A DNA stretch of 64,000 nucleotides. It comes from Rhodospirillaceae bacterium (lineage in GTDB: Bacteria > Pseudomonadota > Alphaproteobacteria > MPNO01 > UBA2964). The translations under genes and the position numbers were made by a program. This document shows positions 43,214 to 52,988 of this stretch, one piece after another; the first letter of the stretch is position 1; every line of letters starts with the position of its first letter. Location: the NCBI GenBank assembly GCA_002709075.1, contig PAPV01000002.1, forward strand, positions 31,098 through 95,097, in the 5' to 3' direction. Below the pieces are notes generated by a model that was not told where the DNA came from, searched no databases, and saw nothing but the letters and a program-made list of their open reading frames with translations.

Positions 43214-43878
43214 ATGAAGAATTACCAAAACTTTCCGGACCTATTTTTGGACCGCGCTCAACAAACCATGCTAAATCAATTGTTCTTTTACTTCATGGTT
43301 ACGGATCAAATGGTGATGATTTAATTGGGCTTGCCCCGGTTTTTTCAGAGCAATTGTCAGAAACAATATTTTTATCACCAAATGCTCCTTTCAAATGTGA
43401 GGCAAATCCTTCGGGTGGATTTCAATGGTTCGACGTTTGGGAAACGGATCATGACAAACGCATTTACGCACTTCGTTTCGCAGAGGAAATCATAAACAAT
43501 TTTATTGACTTTCAACTGGAAAAGCTCGGTTTGGATGACTCAAAATTAGTTTTTTTGGGGTTTTCACAAGGGACTATGTTATCTATGCAAACGGCTCTGC
43601 GCAGAAAAAAAAAGTGCGCAGGTATTTTGGGATATTCAGGTCGTTTGGAGTTCCCAGACAGGCTTCCTGATGAAATACAGTCGCGTCCGTTGGTTACACT
43701 AATCCACGGGGAGGATGATCCTCTGCTGGCTATTGATTTAATGAATGAAGCGGAAACCGTCCTTCTTAAAAATGGTGTAAGTGTCAATTCCTTTAGAAGA
43801 CCGGGTCTTGGACATGGAATTGATATGGAGGGGATTAAGATCGGTATGGAATTTTTGTCAAAGAGATTAAATAACTAA
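43210..43878 (+). CDS. phospholipase/carboxylesterase (alpha/beta hydrolase)
   Basis: LHGYGSNG, QWF, GFSQG, HGEDD, GHGI. Confidence 0.9.
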   Translation: MNEELPKLSGPIFGPRSTNHAKSIVLLLHGYGSNGDDLIGLAPVFSEQLSETIFLSPNAPFKCEANPSGGFQWFDVWETDHDKRIYALRFAEEIINNFIDFQLEKLGLDDSKLVFLGFSQGTMLSMQTALRRKKKCAGILGYSGRLEFPDRLPDEIQSRPLVTLIHGEDDPLLAIDLMNEAETVLLKNGVSVNSFRRPGLGHGIDMEGIKIGMEFLSKRLNN

Positions 43879-44100
43879 AGCTTATGATGTGTTGTGATGC
43901 AGCTTTTGTAAGTCAGATCAATTAAACTAATATCTACAATGAATTTTATTACCTTTCATATTTTAGATTTCAGCATTACCCAATAAAACTTTATTCTGTG
44001 TATCAGTTTTTTTGGGAATGTTAACTTTTGTGGTTAAAAGAATGATCAAAAGAAAACAGATTAAAATTTAATATTTACGACGAAGAGTAGGGATACATTA

Positions 44101-44502
44101 ATGATAAAAACCAAAGGTGTTTGTCATTTTACTATTGCGGTAACAGATAGTCGCCGAAGCACACAGTTTTATACAGACATACTTGGCTTTCGATTATTAA
44201 ACGCTAATCACGAACGTGGTATGGTTTTTTTAGATACCGGAGGAGATTGTGTTGTTCTCATGAAAACGGAGACCACAATTTCTCCTATTCGGCAACGAGA
44301 TGCCCACCATGCATTTCATATTGACTCTGGTGATTTTGATTCGGCGCTTAAATTTCTTAATGATATGCAGGTAGAAATACTTTTAGTTGAGGAACGTAAA
44401 AATAAAGCTGTTGTAACAGGAAGAAGTATTTATTTTCCGGATCCCGACGGAAATGTGCTAGAGCTTGTGGATATGTACTCATATTCAGGGTCTATTGAGT
44501 AG
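44101..44502 (+). CDS. VOC (glyoxalase/bleomycin resistance) family protein
   Basis: HFTIAV..STQFYTDILG, HHAF, RSIYFPDPDGNVLE. Confidence 0.87.
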   Translation: MIKTKGVCHFTIAVTDSRRSTQFYTDILGFRLLNANHERGMVFLDTGGDCVVLMKTETTISPIRQRDAHHAFHIDSGDFDSALKFLNDMQVEILLVEERKNKAVVTGRSIYFPDPDGNVLELVDMYSYSGSIE

Positions 44503-44544
44503 AAAGCCAATGTCAAAATTGAACTTTCTTCTTTCCTTTCAATA

Positions 44545-45429
44545 TTACGCCTTGCTCTGTTTAGTATATGGGGCATCACCTTCAACAACTGTTCGATGCA
44601 TTCGACGAATATCCGGTAAACCATATCCACCTACTGCTCGATGACAAAGACAACGATTATCCCAAATTATTAGGTCATTGTTTTGATATTGGTGCCGGTA
44701 GTGAAAAGAACCTTTTTTGTCTAAAATAAATGCAAAAAGCTGTTCCAAAATATAGTCGGCTTCGTTATCTTCCAATCCGTCTATACCAATAGTGAACCTT
44801 GGTGAACAGTAAAGTGCACTTCGTCCTGTTTCAGGATGTTTTAATACCAGAGGTTGGAGTACAGCGGGTAATTCTCTAGATTGTTGCTCATAAAATTTTT
44901 TGGCGTCCGGACGACCAGGAGAGATTGTAACTCGTTTGTTTCGCAACTTACTGACGTGGTGAACGCCTAATTTTGCATCGATAGTTTTTTTGAGATCATT
45001 TGGAAGTGCATCATAAACTGCGTACATATTACAAAACTCGGTATCCCCTCCGAGTTTAGGATTGCGTACTGACTGTAAAATTGTGATTTTAGATGGAATT
45101 TTGATATGTGATGAGTCAGAATGCCAGAAATCTCCACCGTCAACCACACCCACCGCGGTACCGTCGGCACAAATCTCATTTGACAATATCATTACGTATT
45201 CGGTTTCTTTGGTGGTGTATTTGACGTTGGCAGGAATTTCCAAACTACCAAAAAGGGATGAGAATTTTACTTGCGCGTGGGGATGCAGGGTCTGATCACG
45301 AATGACTAAAACCTGATAAATCAGAAGCGCTTCTTTGATTCTTTTTTCGTTGCTTTTGCTCAGGTGCTCACATAAATCAATGCCAGTGATCTCTGCACCG
45401 AAAATATCAGATAAAGGATTGATTTGCAT
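44545..45429 (-). CDS. TauD/TfdA Fe(II)/2-oxoglutarate dioxygenase
   Basis: GAEITGIDL, WHSDSS (HxD), GGDTEF, HPETGR, WDNRCLCHR, R.MHR. Confidence 0.92.
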   Translation of the reverse strand: MQINPLSDIFGAEITGIDLCEHLSKSNEKRIKEALLIYQVLVIRDQTLHPHAQVKFSSLFGSLEIPANVKYTTKETEYVMILSNEICADGTAVGVVDGGDFWHSDSSHIKIPSKITILQSVRNPKLGGDTEFCNMYAVYDALPNDLKKTIDAKLGVHHVSKLRNKRVTISPGRPDAKKFYEQQSRELPAVLQPLVLKHPETGRSALYCSPRFTIGIDGLEDNEADYILEQLFAFILDKKGSFHYRHQYQNNDLIIWDNRCLCHRAVGGYGLPDIRRMHRTVVEGDAPYTKQSKA

Positions 45430-45593
45430 TTTTATCTATACACGTAATGATGTTTTTTCGTTTTTTTAACAATTGAACAAGAAACAAAATAAATTTCAAA
45501 AAGGGAACTTTAAATTTCAGTTTCTCTTGCATTTCCTAGAAATTACAAAAAAATTAAGTCAACTAAACTTTTAAGCCTTTGTGAGTAATTCAA

Positions 45594-46160
45594 TTAAATT
45601 CTAGTACTCAACCAAATCGCAACTCGAGAGCTAGCTTTTACGGCGGCAGTCAAAAGTGTGTATCCCGGAGCATCTGCTGATCCTTCCTCCCGAGCTAAAT
45701 CACGATGAGCAAGTTCGTCCTGTCTAAAATCTTCGATCATGTCTCGTAACTCTCTTTCTTCGTCTCCCAGTTTCGACGCTTGTTCGGAGTAATGTTCATC
45801 TATAACTTCTTCAACAGCCTCGGTGCATGCCATTGCTGCCTTTGGCCCAATCAACGCAGTGCCTGCTCCTAATGCAAATCCAGCAATGTGCCAGAGAGGG
45901 GATAAGACTGTTGGGCGAATGCGCCTCTCGTTAATAAGTTTCTCAAATCCCTTGCGATGACGCTTTTCTTCTTCTGCCATTTCACGAATTGAACTTTCAT
46001 ATTCTGTTCCTCTGAGCACTGCTAACTGGCCTTCGTAAATACGAACTGCACCGTATTCTCCGGCATGATCTACCCGTATCATTCTCTCAACAACAGTACC
46101 TTTTGTTTGATCACCTGGCAAAGATCGTGACACCGTTTTACTTTGGGTTGGCTTAGTCAT
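45594..46160 (-). CDS. coq7: demethoxyubiquinone hydroxylase (di-iron)
   Basis: RVDHAGEYGA..IYEGQ, EKRH, RPT.L.PLW, AMACTEAVE..I..HY, DELAH. Confidence 0.93.
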   Translation of the reverse strand: MTKPTQSKTVSRSLPGDQTKGTVVERMIRVDHAGEYGAVRIYEGQLAVLRGTEYESSIREMAEEEKRHRKGFEKLINERRIRPTVLSPLWHIAGFALGAGTALIGPKAAMACTEAVEEVIDEHYSEQASKLGDEERELRDMIEDFRQDELAHRDLAREEGSADAPGYTLLTAAVKASSRVAIWLSTRI

Positions 46161-46668
46161 AAATATCCTTTAGCTGAACTTTGGTAGAAATAAAAGCTAT
46201 TATACCTGCACCAAGTGAAATCAGTCCATTGTAAACAGCCATCGATAGCCCGAAAAATGAGACAGTCACTTCACTACAACGCACCATTTCCGTCTCCAAA
46301 AGTCTTTTGTGGAGAGCCCCAATCGTTGTTTCTGTTGCAAGATTTGAACAAGCAGAAAAACCACTATAAATACCGTATTCAATTCCTGCATGATAAAACC
46401 CTGTTCCTGAGGAAGTCAAAAGACAAAGCCCAATCAGCCAGAGTAATCGTTTTCTTTGTTTGTCTAAAAGTTTTATAAAAAAACCTAAAAAACCAAACGC
46501 AACAACTAGGAAATGCGGGTATCTCTGAATGTTGCATAAAAAACAGGGTTCAAATCCTCCGTAGTATTGAGTAGAAAATGCAACAAAAAGTATAAATGCC
46601 GATAAGGATGCTAATGCTAAGCAAACAAATCGCCAATTGTGCAAATAATTTACTGTATACCTAAACAT
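46153..46668 (-). CDS. dsbB: disulfide bond formation protein B family
   Basis: PCFLC..QRYP, YHAGIE, second Cys pair (C...VRC), FGLSMA.YN; four TMs. Confidence 0.87.
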   Translation of the reverse strand: MFRYTVNYLHNWRFVCLALASLSAFILFVAFSTQYYGGFEPCFLCNIQRYPHFLVVAFGFLGFFIKLLDKQRKRLLWLIGLCLLTSSGTGFYHAGIEYGIYSGFSACSNLATETTIGALHKRLLETEMVRCSEVTVSFFGLSMAVYNGLISLGAGIIAFISTKVQLKDIYD

Positions 46669-46720
46669 AAAATGCAGATAATTGCTGACTAATTATTTAT
46701 TAAAACCTGGTATTCATGAC

Positions 46721-47302
46721 TTAAATTATATATTTGATAGCAAGAAAACCGCCTAGAATTAAAATAACAAAAATTGAAAACACCAGAGTTGTTCTCTTTT
46801 CAATAAAAGCTTGTATTTTTTGACCAAACCAATAAAGAATTAAAGCTATAAAAAAGAAACGTATGCCGCGTGCTAGCAAAGAAGTGAGCGCAAAAGTAGT
46901 CATGTCTAATTGGGTAAACCCGGATGCGATCGTAATTAATTTGTATGGAATCATAGTTGTACCGCCTATAAATACAATCCATTCACCATACTCGTTATAT
47001 AAATTTTGAAAGTTTGTAAATTTGTTTCCATATGAGTAGAGTTCAAGTAATGGACGCCCCAATGTATCAAATGCAAAATAACCGATTGCATAGCCAGCCA
47101 TGCCTCCAAAAACAGATGTTATCGTGCAAATTGCAGCTAATGTAAACCAACGAGAAGGGGCAGCTATAACCATTGGAATAAGAATCACATCTGGCGGAAT
47201 TGGGAAGATTGAACTTTCAACGAACGCAATAAAAGCAAGTGCCCACACAGCATGAGGTTTAGTAGATAGGTTTATCACCCATTTATACGTTTTTTGAAGC
47301 AC
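46721..47302 (-). CDS. YqaA/DedA family membrane protein
   Basis: FVESSIFPIPPD, SVFGG..GY, IPYKLITIASG, RGIRFF. Confidence 0.88.
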   Translation of the reverse strand: MLQKTYKWVINLSTKPHAVWALAFIAFVESSIFPIPPDVILIPMVIAAPSRWFTLAAICTITSVFGGMAGYAIGYFAFDTLGRPLLELYSYGNKFTNFQNLYNEYGEWIVFIGGTTMIPYKLITIASGFTQLDMTTFALTSLLARGIRFFFIALILYWFGQKIQAFIEKRTTLVFSIFVILILGGFLAIKYII

Positions 47303-47418
47303 TTAAACTCCTTTTTAGAAGAAAATTCACATTCAATTGCGAAACTATCGATGCCACTGAATTGCCTGTGTTGTATTTGCCTTTTATTTTAATAACATCT
47401 GCGATTCATATGAACTAA

Positions 47419-47446
47419 TTGACCGATCACTTGGCGTCTGTATTAT
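47419..47446 (+). promoter_or_regulatory. sigma70 promoter of tRNA-Leu
   Basis: TTGACC (47419-47424), 16-nt spacer, TATTAT (47441-47446); 23 nt upstream of the tRNA. Confidence 0.55.
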
Positions 47447-47469
47447 TGCGAGTCTATCCAAGTCTGAAA

Positions 47470-47556
47470 GCCCCTGTGGCGGAATTGGTAGACGCGGCAG
47501 ACTCAAAATCTGTTATTGGAAACGATGTGGGAGTTCGAGTCTCCCCGGGGGCACCA
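47470..47556 (+). tRNA. tRNA-Leu (anticodon CAA)
   Basis: 87 nt. Acceptor GCCCCTG/CGGGGGC plus ACCA, D-loop GGAATTGGTAGAC, anticodon arm GCAGA-CT-CAA-AA-TCTGT, long variable arm, T-arm GGGAG-TTCGAGT-CTCCC. Confidence 0.97.
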
Positions 47557-47843
47557 AAGTTTCTTTGCATATAAAAAATGTAAAAAGTGATACTTTAATT
47601 TGCTGTTGAGATTTTTCTTTTCTTGATGGTAGTTTCTAAATCCAAAAATATTTTAAATAGTAAGTCAACTTTTTTATAAGCGTCCCACCCCCTTAGGTCG
47701 TTGTAAGAAAATTATTACTCAAGGCTGTTTATTTCTTAGTCTATTGCAAATAGCTGATTTCAGTGCAGTAAATAAAAATCTATTTTGGTTTTTTGTATAA
47801 AAATTGGGTTCTTTGAAGGTAAAATATATGGCAGTATCTTTGT

Positions 47844-48938
47844 ATGCTAGCTACTAGAAAGCAATATCAGGTGGAGTTTGGAGCGGGGAAATTAGAGGAA
47901 CTTAAAATTCTTCAGATTATTGGCTCATCTGGAAGTGGTGGTGCAGAAAAATTTTATTTAAAGTTCATAGAGTCTATTCGGTCAGTGTGCAAGATTGTCC
48001 CATTGGTCAGATCAGGCTCTTGGGTAGCTTCACAATTAGATGCAGCACGAATTCCCTACAACACAGCCAGTTTTGGTGGTTATTTTGATTGCAAAACTCG
48101 TATCAAAATATCTCAGATTATCGAGGAGGAACAGCCGCATATCGCTCAAACTTGGATGAGCAGAGCAAGCAGACATATGCCTAAAGATTCCAACGTTAAA
48201 TGGATTGGCCGGCTTGGAGGGTATTATGATTTAAAGTATTACAAGGGGGCAGATATGCTGGTAGGCAATACTAAAGATATTTGCGCTTACTTGGTCCGCA
48301 ATGGCTGGCCAGAAGAACAGGTGAGTTACCTTCCAAACTTTGCTATTAAGTCCCCAGAAATTTTTAAAGCGGATAGAGTCAAAAATCGTCAAAAAATGGG
48401 CATTCCAGAAGATGCAATCCTTCTTTTTTCAGCCGGTCGCTTTCACAAAAATAAGGGATATGATTTGGCCGTCAAGGCAATTGCAAAACTCCCTCAAGAA
48501 TTTCATCTTTTAGTGGCTGGGGAGGGCCCGGAAAAAAAATCATTATTGTCTGACATAAAGAGGTTATCTCTGCAATCACGTGTTCACATTTATGGTTGGG
48601 CTGACGACATTACCCCGTATGTTCAAGTTGCAGATATTTGGCTTGTTCCTTCTCGAATTGAACCGCTGGGAAACGTTATACTGGAAAGTTGGGCCTCCGG
48701 AATTCCGATAGTGGCAAGTGACGCTGTCGGTCCTAGGTTTCTCATTGAAAATGGTAGCACAGGTTTATTATTTAGGAATGGTGACTGCGTTGATCTTGCA
48801 ACTGAAGTAAAAAAGTTATCGACAGATCCTGTTTTAATGAACATGCTGATACAGAACGGTAAAAAAAGATTTTCTGAGGATTTCAGTAGAGAACGAGTTC
48901 TTGAGAAGTGGGTAAAATTTTATAAAAATCTTTTGTAG
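47844..48938 (+). CDS. GT4 (GT-B) glycosyltransferase
   Basis: GGAE, QTWMSRA, RLGGYYDLKYY, GRFHKNKGYD, PSRIEPLGNVILESW. True start may lie slightly downstream. Confidence 0.9.
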   Translation: MLATRKQYQVEFGAGKLEELKILQIIGSSGSGGAEKFYLKFIESIRSVCKIVPLVRSGSWVASQLDAARIPYNTASFGGYFDCKTRIKISQIIEEEQPHIAQTWMSRASRHMPKDSNVKWIGRLGGYYDLKYYKGADMLVGNTKDICAYLVRNGWPEEQVSYLPNFAIKSPEIFKADRVKNRQKMGIPEDAILLFSAGRFHKNKGYDLAVKAIAKLPQEFHLLVAGEGPEKKSLLSDIKRLSLQSRVHIYGWADDITPYVQVADIWLVPSRIEPLGNVILESWASGIPIVASDAVGPRFLIENGSTGLLFRNGDCVDLATEVKKLSTDPVLMNMLIQNGKKRFSEDFSRERVLEKWVKFYKNLL

Positions 48939-48974
48939 GAGTATTTTCAATTGTGAGGTATTTTATAAAGACTT

Positions 48975-49388
48975 TTAAGTTTGCTGTAAAACCGCAAGTC
49001 CTGCTTTTGCTACTTCAAGGTCTTGTATACCAGTTCCAGAACCCACTCCAATCCCTCCCACAACATGACCCTGAACAATTATAGGTAGTCCGCCGGGCAG
49101 GTTAATCCGTTTACCCCTTGTCCCTAGGGCAAGCTTAATATCGATGCCAGATTCTAAATCACCTGTTGGAATGCCATAGCATGCTGCGGTTTGGGCTTTC
49201 CTCAATGATGTTTCAAACGACATAGAAAAAGCTCCATCCATTCGTGCAAAAACAATTAAATGGCCCCCACTGTCGACAACAGATATACATTGCGCCACGG
49301 CAATTTCAGATGATTTGGTGATTGCTGCTTTGAGTATCTTCAACGCGCCATCGAAACTTAGATTTAGTGAGCTGAATGTGTTTGCCAT
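48975..49388 (-). CDS. GlcG/HbpS family heme-binding protein
   Basis: ISVVDSGG, RMDGA, KAQTA, GGLPI, GGIGVGSGT..QD. Start at the ATG at 49388. Confidence 0.87.
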   Translation of the reverse strand: MANTFSSLNLSFDGALKILKAAITKSSEIAVAQCISVVDSGGHLIVFARMDGAFSMSFETSLRKAQTAACYGIPTGDLESGIDIKLALGTRGKRINLPGGLPIIVQGHVVGGIGVGSGTGIQDLEVAKAGLAVLQQT

Positions 49389-49558
49389 ATTAATCACCCT
49401 GATTAATTTTATGCAGCGCGACAATGTAGGTATTAATAATTTTATAGTTAATGCACAAACTTATTCGACCCCATTATTTCGGCCGAGCATCCGAGTTGTG
49501 AACCAATAAAAAAATGTCAACGCTTATTTGATTATTTTTACTATACTTTCGAAAGATA

Positions 49559-49741
49559 TTAGGATGCATTATCACCCAAAGTTTCTATAGTTATATCTAT
49601 TTGAGCACGTAGCTTTTTTAACCATATTACTACCCGTTCAAAATCGTCCGAAGAATATTCCTCTTTGAACAACTCGTGGTCATTCAACAATTTGGCGATA
49701 ATTTCTACAAACTGTAGTTGGTCCGTATCAAGTTTATTCAT
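49559..49741 (-). CDS. small hypothetical protein (60 aa)
   Basis: MNKLDTDQLQFVEIIAKLL...; amphipathic helical pattern, fills the gap upstream of glcG; no family recognised. Confidence 0.5.
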   Translation of the reverse strand: MNKLDTDQLQFVEIIAKLLNDHELFKEEYSSDDFERVVIWLKKLRAQIDITIETLGDNAS

Positions 49742-49887
49742 GTGTACTTTCTTTATAGTAAATTGCTGTATAAATATAAGATGCAAAACCGCATTATGGC
49801 AGGGTGCAAACTAAGCGGAAGTGCTTACAAAAGTCCAGAGGAATTCTAAACCAACGTTTAACTATAAATATACGACAGAGATAAGAT

Positions 49888-50664
49888 ATGGACATAATTA
49901 TTGAATTTCTTACGGGTGGTACTCCGTTAAACTTAGTTAGTTTTTCAAGCTTGTGTATAACTTCCTTTTTCGCAAGTCTTATTGCAACATCAATTGGACT
50001 TGGTGGTGGTCTCTTAGTGTTGGCAACAATGACACTTGTATTGCCTCCGGCTGTGCTAATACCAATCCACGGATTAGTTCAAATTGGCTCAAATGGTTTC
50101 CGTGCTTGGTTACTTCGAAAAAAGATTTTATTTTCTATTGTTCCAGCTTTTATCCTTGGTTCCTTGATGGGAGCGGTGCTTGGCGGCTTTTTGCATTTTG
50201 GGATTCAAACTTGGGTTCTTCAATTAATACTTGGGGTTTTTGTTCTTTATGCAACTTGGTCTCCCGGATTTAAAAGTAGTCGCCCAGGACCACTAAGATT
50301 TTTATGCGCCGGACTATTTAGTGGGCTTGTCACGATGTTTGTTGGGGCAACGGGTCCTTTAGTTGCTCCTTTTGTAAAGGCGGCATGCGATGAAAAACAG
50401 CAGGTGGTCTCTACCCATGCAATGCTTATGACTTTTCAGCATGGTTTCAAAGTTTTGGCATTTGGTGTTTTAGGATTTAGTTTTGGATCCTACATCCCTC
50501 TGTTGGTTGGCCTTATTGGTTTTGGAATGCTTGGAACACTGGTTGGGCGTATGGTACTTAAAAAGTTACCTGAGAATATTTTCCGGACTATATTTCAGAT
50601 TGTCATAACGTCACTTGCTATTCGATTATTGTACTCGGCTGCTGCATCTTTTTTTGAATTTTGA
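49888..50664 (+). CDS. TauE/SafE (TSUP) family transporter
   Basis: GLGGG, PIHGLVQIGSN..R, FVGATGP, about eight TMs. Confidence 0.87.
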   Translation: MDIIIEFLTGGTPLNLVSFSSLCITSFFASLIATSIGLGGGLLVLATMTLVLPPAVLIPIHGLVQIGSNGFRAWLLRKKILFSIVPAFILGSLMGAVLGGFLHFGIQTWVLQLILGVFVLYATWSPGFKSSRPGPLRFLCAGLFSGLVTMFVGATGPLVAPFVKAACDEKQQVVSTHAMLMTFQHGFKVLAFGVLGFSFGSYIPLLVGLIGFGMLGTLVGRMVLKKLPENIFRTIFQIVITSLAIRLLYSAAASFFEF

Positions 50665-50889
50665 TTATTTAAAAGTTTGTCAAAATTTATTTTTTCCCCC
50701 ATATCGGGAAAGTTATTAACTAGAGTTTTTGATAACCAGTGATAAAATTATTTGATTTTATCTATGGATTGATGGAAGTTTATATTAGGAAATTTTCAGG
50801 GTATGTCTGATAATATTAAGACTGTCAAAATTGTTGTTGAAATATAAGCCGCGCTTTCATTTACTTCCGCGCATGAAAAGAGGGTAATA

Positions 50890-51390
50890 ATGTCTACAGA
50901 AAAGAAGCACATCATCGCTGATTTTCCGCAAGGGGGACATAACCATGCAATATGCATATCCGACGCATTAGCGATGGCAGAGAAGTTGTGCGCAGATAAT
51001 TCGGTTCGACTAACTGAATTGCGTCGAAAAGTGCTTGAACTGGTTTGGTCGAGTCACAAGCCTCTTGGAGCTTATGATATTCTTGAAATGTTGCAGGAAC
51101 AACGTGGAGTTACGGCACCACCCACGGTATATCGTGCCCTTGATTTTCTTCTTGCCCATAAATTAATACATCGTATTGAGTCCTTGAACGCATATGTGGG
51201 GTGTGCGTCACCAAATCATCTGAATGGTGGACAGTTTCTGATATGTAAAAAATGCGGTACTACCGCAGAACTTGATGATTATGACTTGGCAAAAAAAATA
51301 GACGATCGTGCTGAAGGGCTAGGTTTTCAGGTTCTGCATCAAATGATAGAGGTGTCTGGTCTATGTCGAGATTGTGTTGGAGACAAATAA
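50890..51390 (+). CDS. zur: zinc uptake regulator (Fur family)
   Basis: HNHAIC, RLTELRRKVL, GAYDIL, PPTVYRALDFL, HRIESLNAY, CKKC...CRDC; upstream of znuCB. Confidence 0.93.
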   Translation: MSTEKKHIIADFPQGGHNHAICISDALAMAEKLCADNSVRLTELRRKVLELVWSSHKPLGAYDILEMLQEQRGVTAPPTVYRALDFLLAHKLIHRIESLNAYVGCASPNHLNGGQFLICKKCGTTAELDDYDLAKKIDDRAEGLGFQVLHQMIEVSGLCRDCVGDK

Positions 51391-51399
51391 TTCTTCTGA

Positions 51400-52182
51400 G
51401 TGCAGATTATGCCAATTCGTGACGAGCAATCAATTCTTTTAGGATCAGACCTTTCACTTTCCTACAACAACTCACAGGTCTTAGACTGTGTTTCGTTGGA
51501 CATCAAACGAGGTCACATAACTACCCTAGTAGGACCAAATGGATCAGGTAAAACTTCTCTAATTAAAATTTTGTTAGAGATGATAAAACCCGATAGTGGA
51601 TATGTTTATCGGCAATCCGGCATTCGTATCGGTTATGTACCACAGTTTGTAAAGATCGATCCTACCCTGCCTTTGACAGTGCAACGGTTTGTTTCTTTAG
51701 GTGGCAGAAATCCATTAAATGAAATCGAAAAAATATTAGCTGAAGTTGGTGCAAATTACATTAAAGACAAGCCGTTTCAAAGTCTCTCTGGTGGTGAAAG
51801 GCGCCGGGTTCTATTAGCCCGCGCACTCTTGAATAAGCCAGATTTATTGGTGTTAGATGAGCCAACAGCTGGCGTTGATGTCACTGGCCAGATAGCCCTT
51901 TATCGGTTGATCGCTGATATTAGAGATCGCCGGGGAGTTGGTGTTCTTTTAGTTTCGCACAATCTTCATCTCGTGATGGCCGCAACAGATCACGTTATAT
52001 GTCTTAATTGTCATATTTGTTGTGAAGGCCGCCCTGAGAACATCAGTAGAGCACCAGAATTTCTTGAAATTTTTGGTCGTGAAGCGACTGACGCTTTGGC
52101 ACTTTATGCTCATCATCATGATCATAATCATGATGACGGAGTTGGTGTTCCCCTCAGTGCGCACGAAAAAAATGCTGGATAA
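51400..52182 (+). CDS. znuC: zinc ABC transporter ATP-binding protein
   Basis: GPNGSGKT, IGYVPQ, LSGGE, LDEPT, SHNLHLVM, CLN.HICC.G.P, His-rich tail HHHDHNHD. Confidence 0.94.
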   Translation: MQIMPIRDEQSILLGSDLSLSYNNSQVLDCVSLDIKRGHITTLVGPNGSGKTSLIKILLEMIKPDSGYVYRQSGIRIGYVPQFVKIDPTLPLTVQRFVSLGGRNPLNEIEKILAEVGANYIKDKPFQSLSGGERRRVLLARALLNKPDLLVLDEPTAGVDVTGQIALYRLIADIRDRRGVGVLLVSHNLHLVMAATDHVICLNCHICCEGRPENISRAPEFLEIFGREATDALALYAHHHDHNHDDGVGVPLSAHEKNAG

Positions 52183-52957
52183 CTTATTAATTCATGCATT
52201 GCTTGCTGGCGTAGGAATTTGTTTCCTTGCTGGACCACTAGGTTGTTTCGTGGTTTGGAGGCGTATGTCATATTTTGGCGCTACCCTTGCTCACGCAGCC
52301 TTGTTAGGGGTTGGTCTGGGGTTTGTGTTGTCCATTAACGTATATATAGCAATTATTGGAATCTGCGTTGCCGTATCCCTAATACTTGTAGCACTCGTAA
52401 AAGATCTCAGATTTGCTGATGATACTATTCTTGGTATTTTAGCGCATGGAACACTGGCAGCGGGCATCATTTCAGTCAGTATGTTTAGTAATGTTCGTTT
52501 GGACATCATGACATACTTATTTGGTGATATTCTATCAGTTTCGACTGCGGATCTCGTATGGATATATTGTGGAGGTGCAATATCTTTAATCTGTTTATTT
52601 TGCCTTTGGAGACCTCTTATATCGATTACTGCAGACGCTGATATTGCCTTTGTAGAAGGTGTATCTGTTTCTGTAGTGCGCATAATCTTTATGATTCTTA
52701 TAGCCTTCGTCATAGCAGTCACTATGAAAATTGTGGGCGTATTATTAATAATTTCATTATTAATAATACCTGCGGCTGCGGCTCGCCCATTTTCTCGGAC
52801 GCCGGAACAAATGGCTCTGCTCGCTATTGCCATTGGGTCAATATCGGTAGTAATGGGATTAAAGTTGAGCTGGTGGGTTGATACCCCAGCGTCACCTTCG
52901 ATTGTTGTAGCAGCAACAGCATTATTTTTTCTAACTCTTATAAAAAAACAGCGATAA
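52172..52957 (+). CDS. znuB: zinc ABC transporter permease
   Basis: GPLGCFVVWRRMSYFG..LAH, DTILGILAH, YLFGDIL, LLIIPAAAAR. Start at the ATG at 52172, not 52022. Confidence 0.94.
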   Translation: MLDNLLIHALLAGVGICFLAGPLGCFVVWRRMSYFGATLAHAALLGVGLGFVLSINVYIAIIGICVAVSLILVALVKDLRFADDTILGILAHGTLAAGIISVSMFSNVRLDIMTYLFGDILSVSTADLVWIYCGGAISLICLFCLWRPLISITADADIAFVEGVSVSVVRIIFMILIAFVIAVTMKIVGVLLIISLLIIPAAAARPFSRTPEQMALLAIAIGSISVVMGLKLSWWVDTPASPSIVVAATALFFLTLIKKQR

Positions 52958-52988
52958 TAATTTTTTTGTTGGAATGCACAATTGCAAA

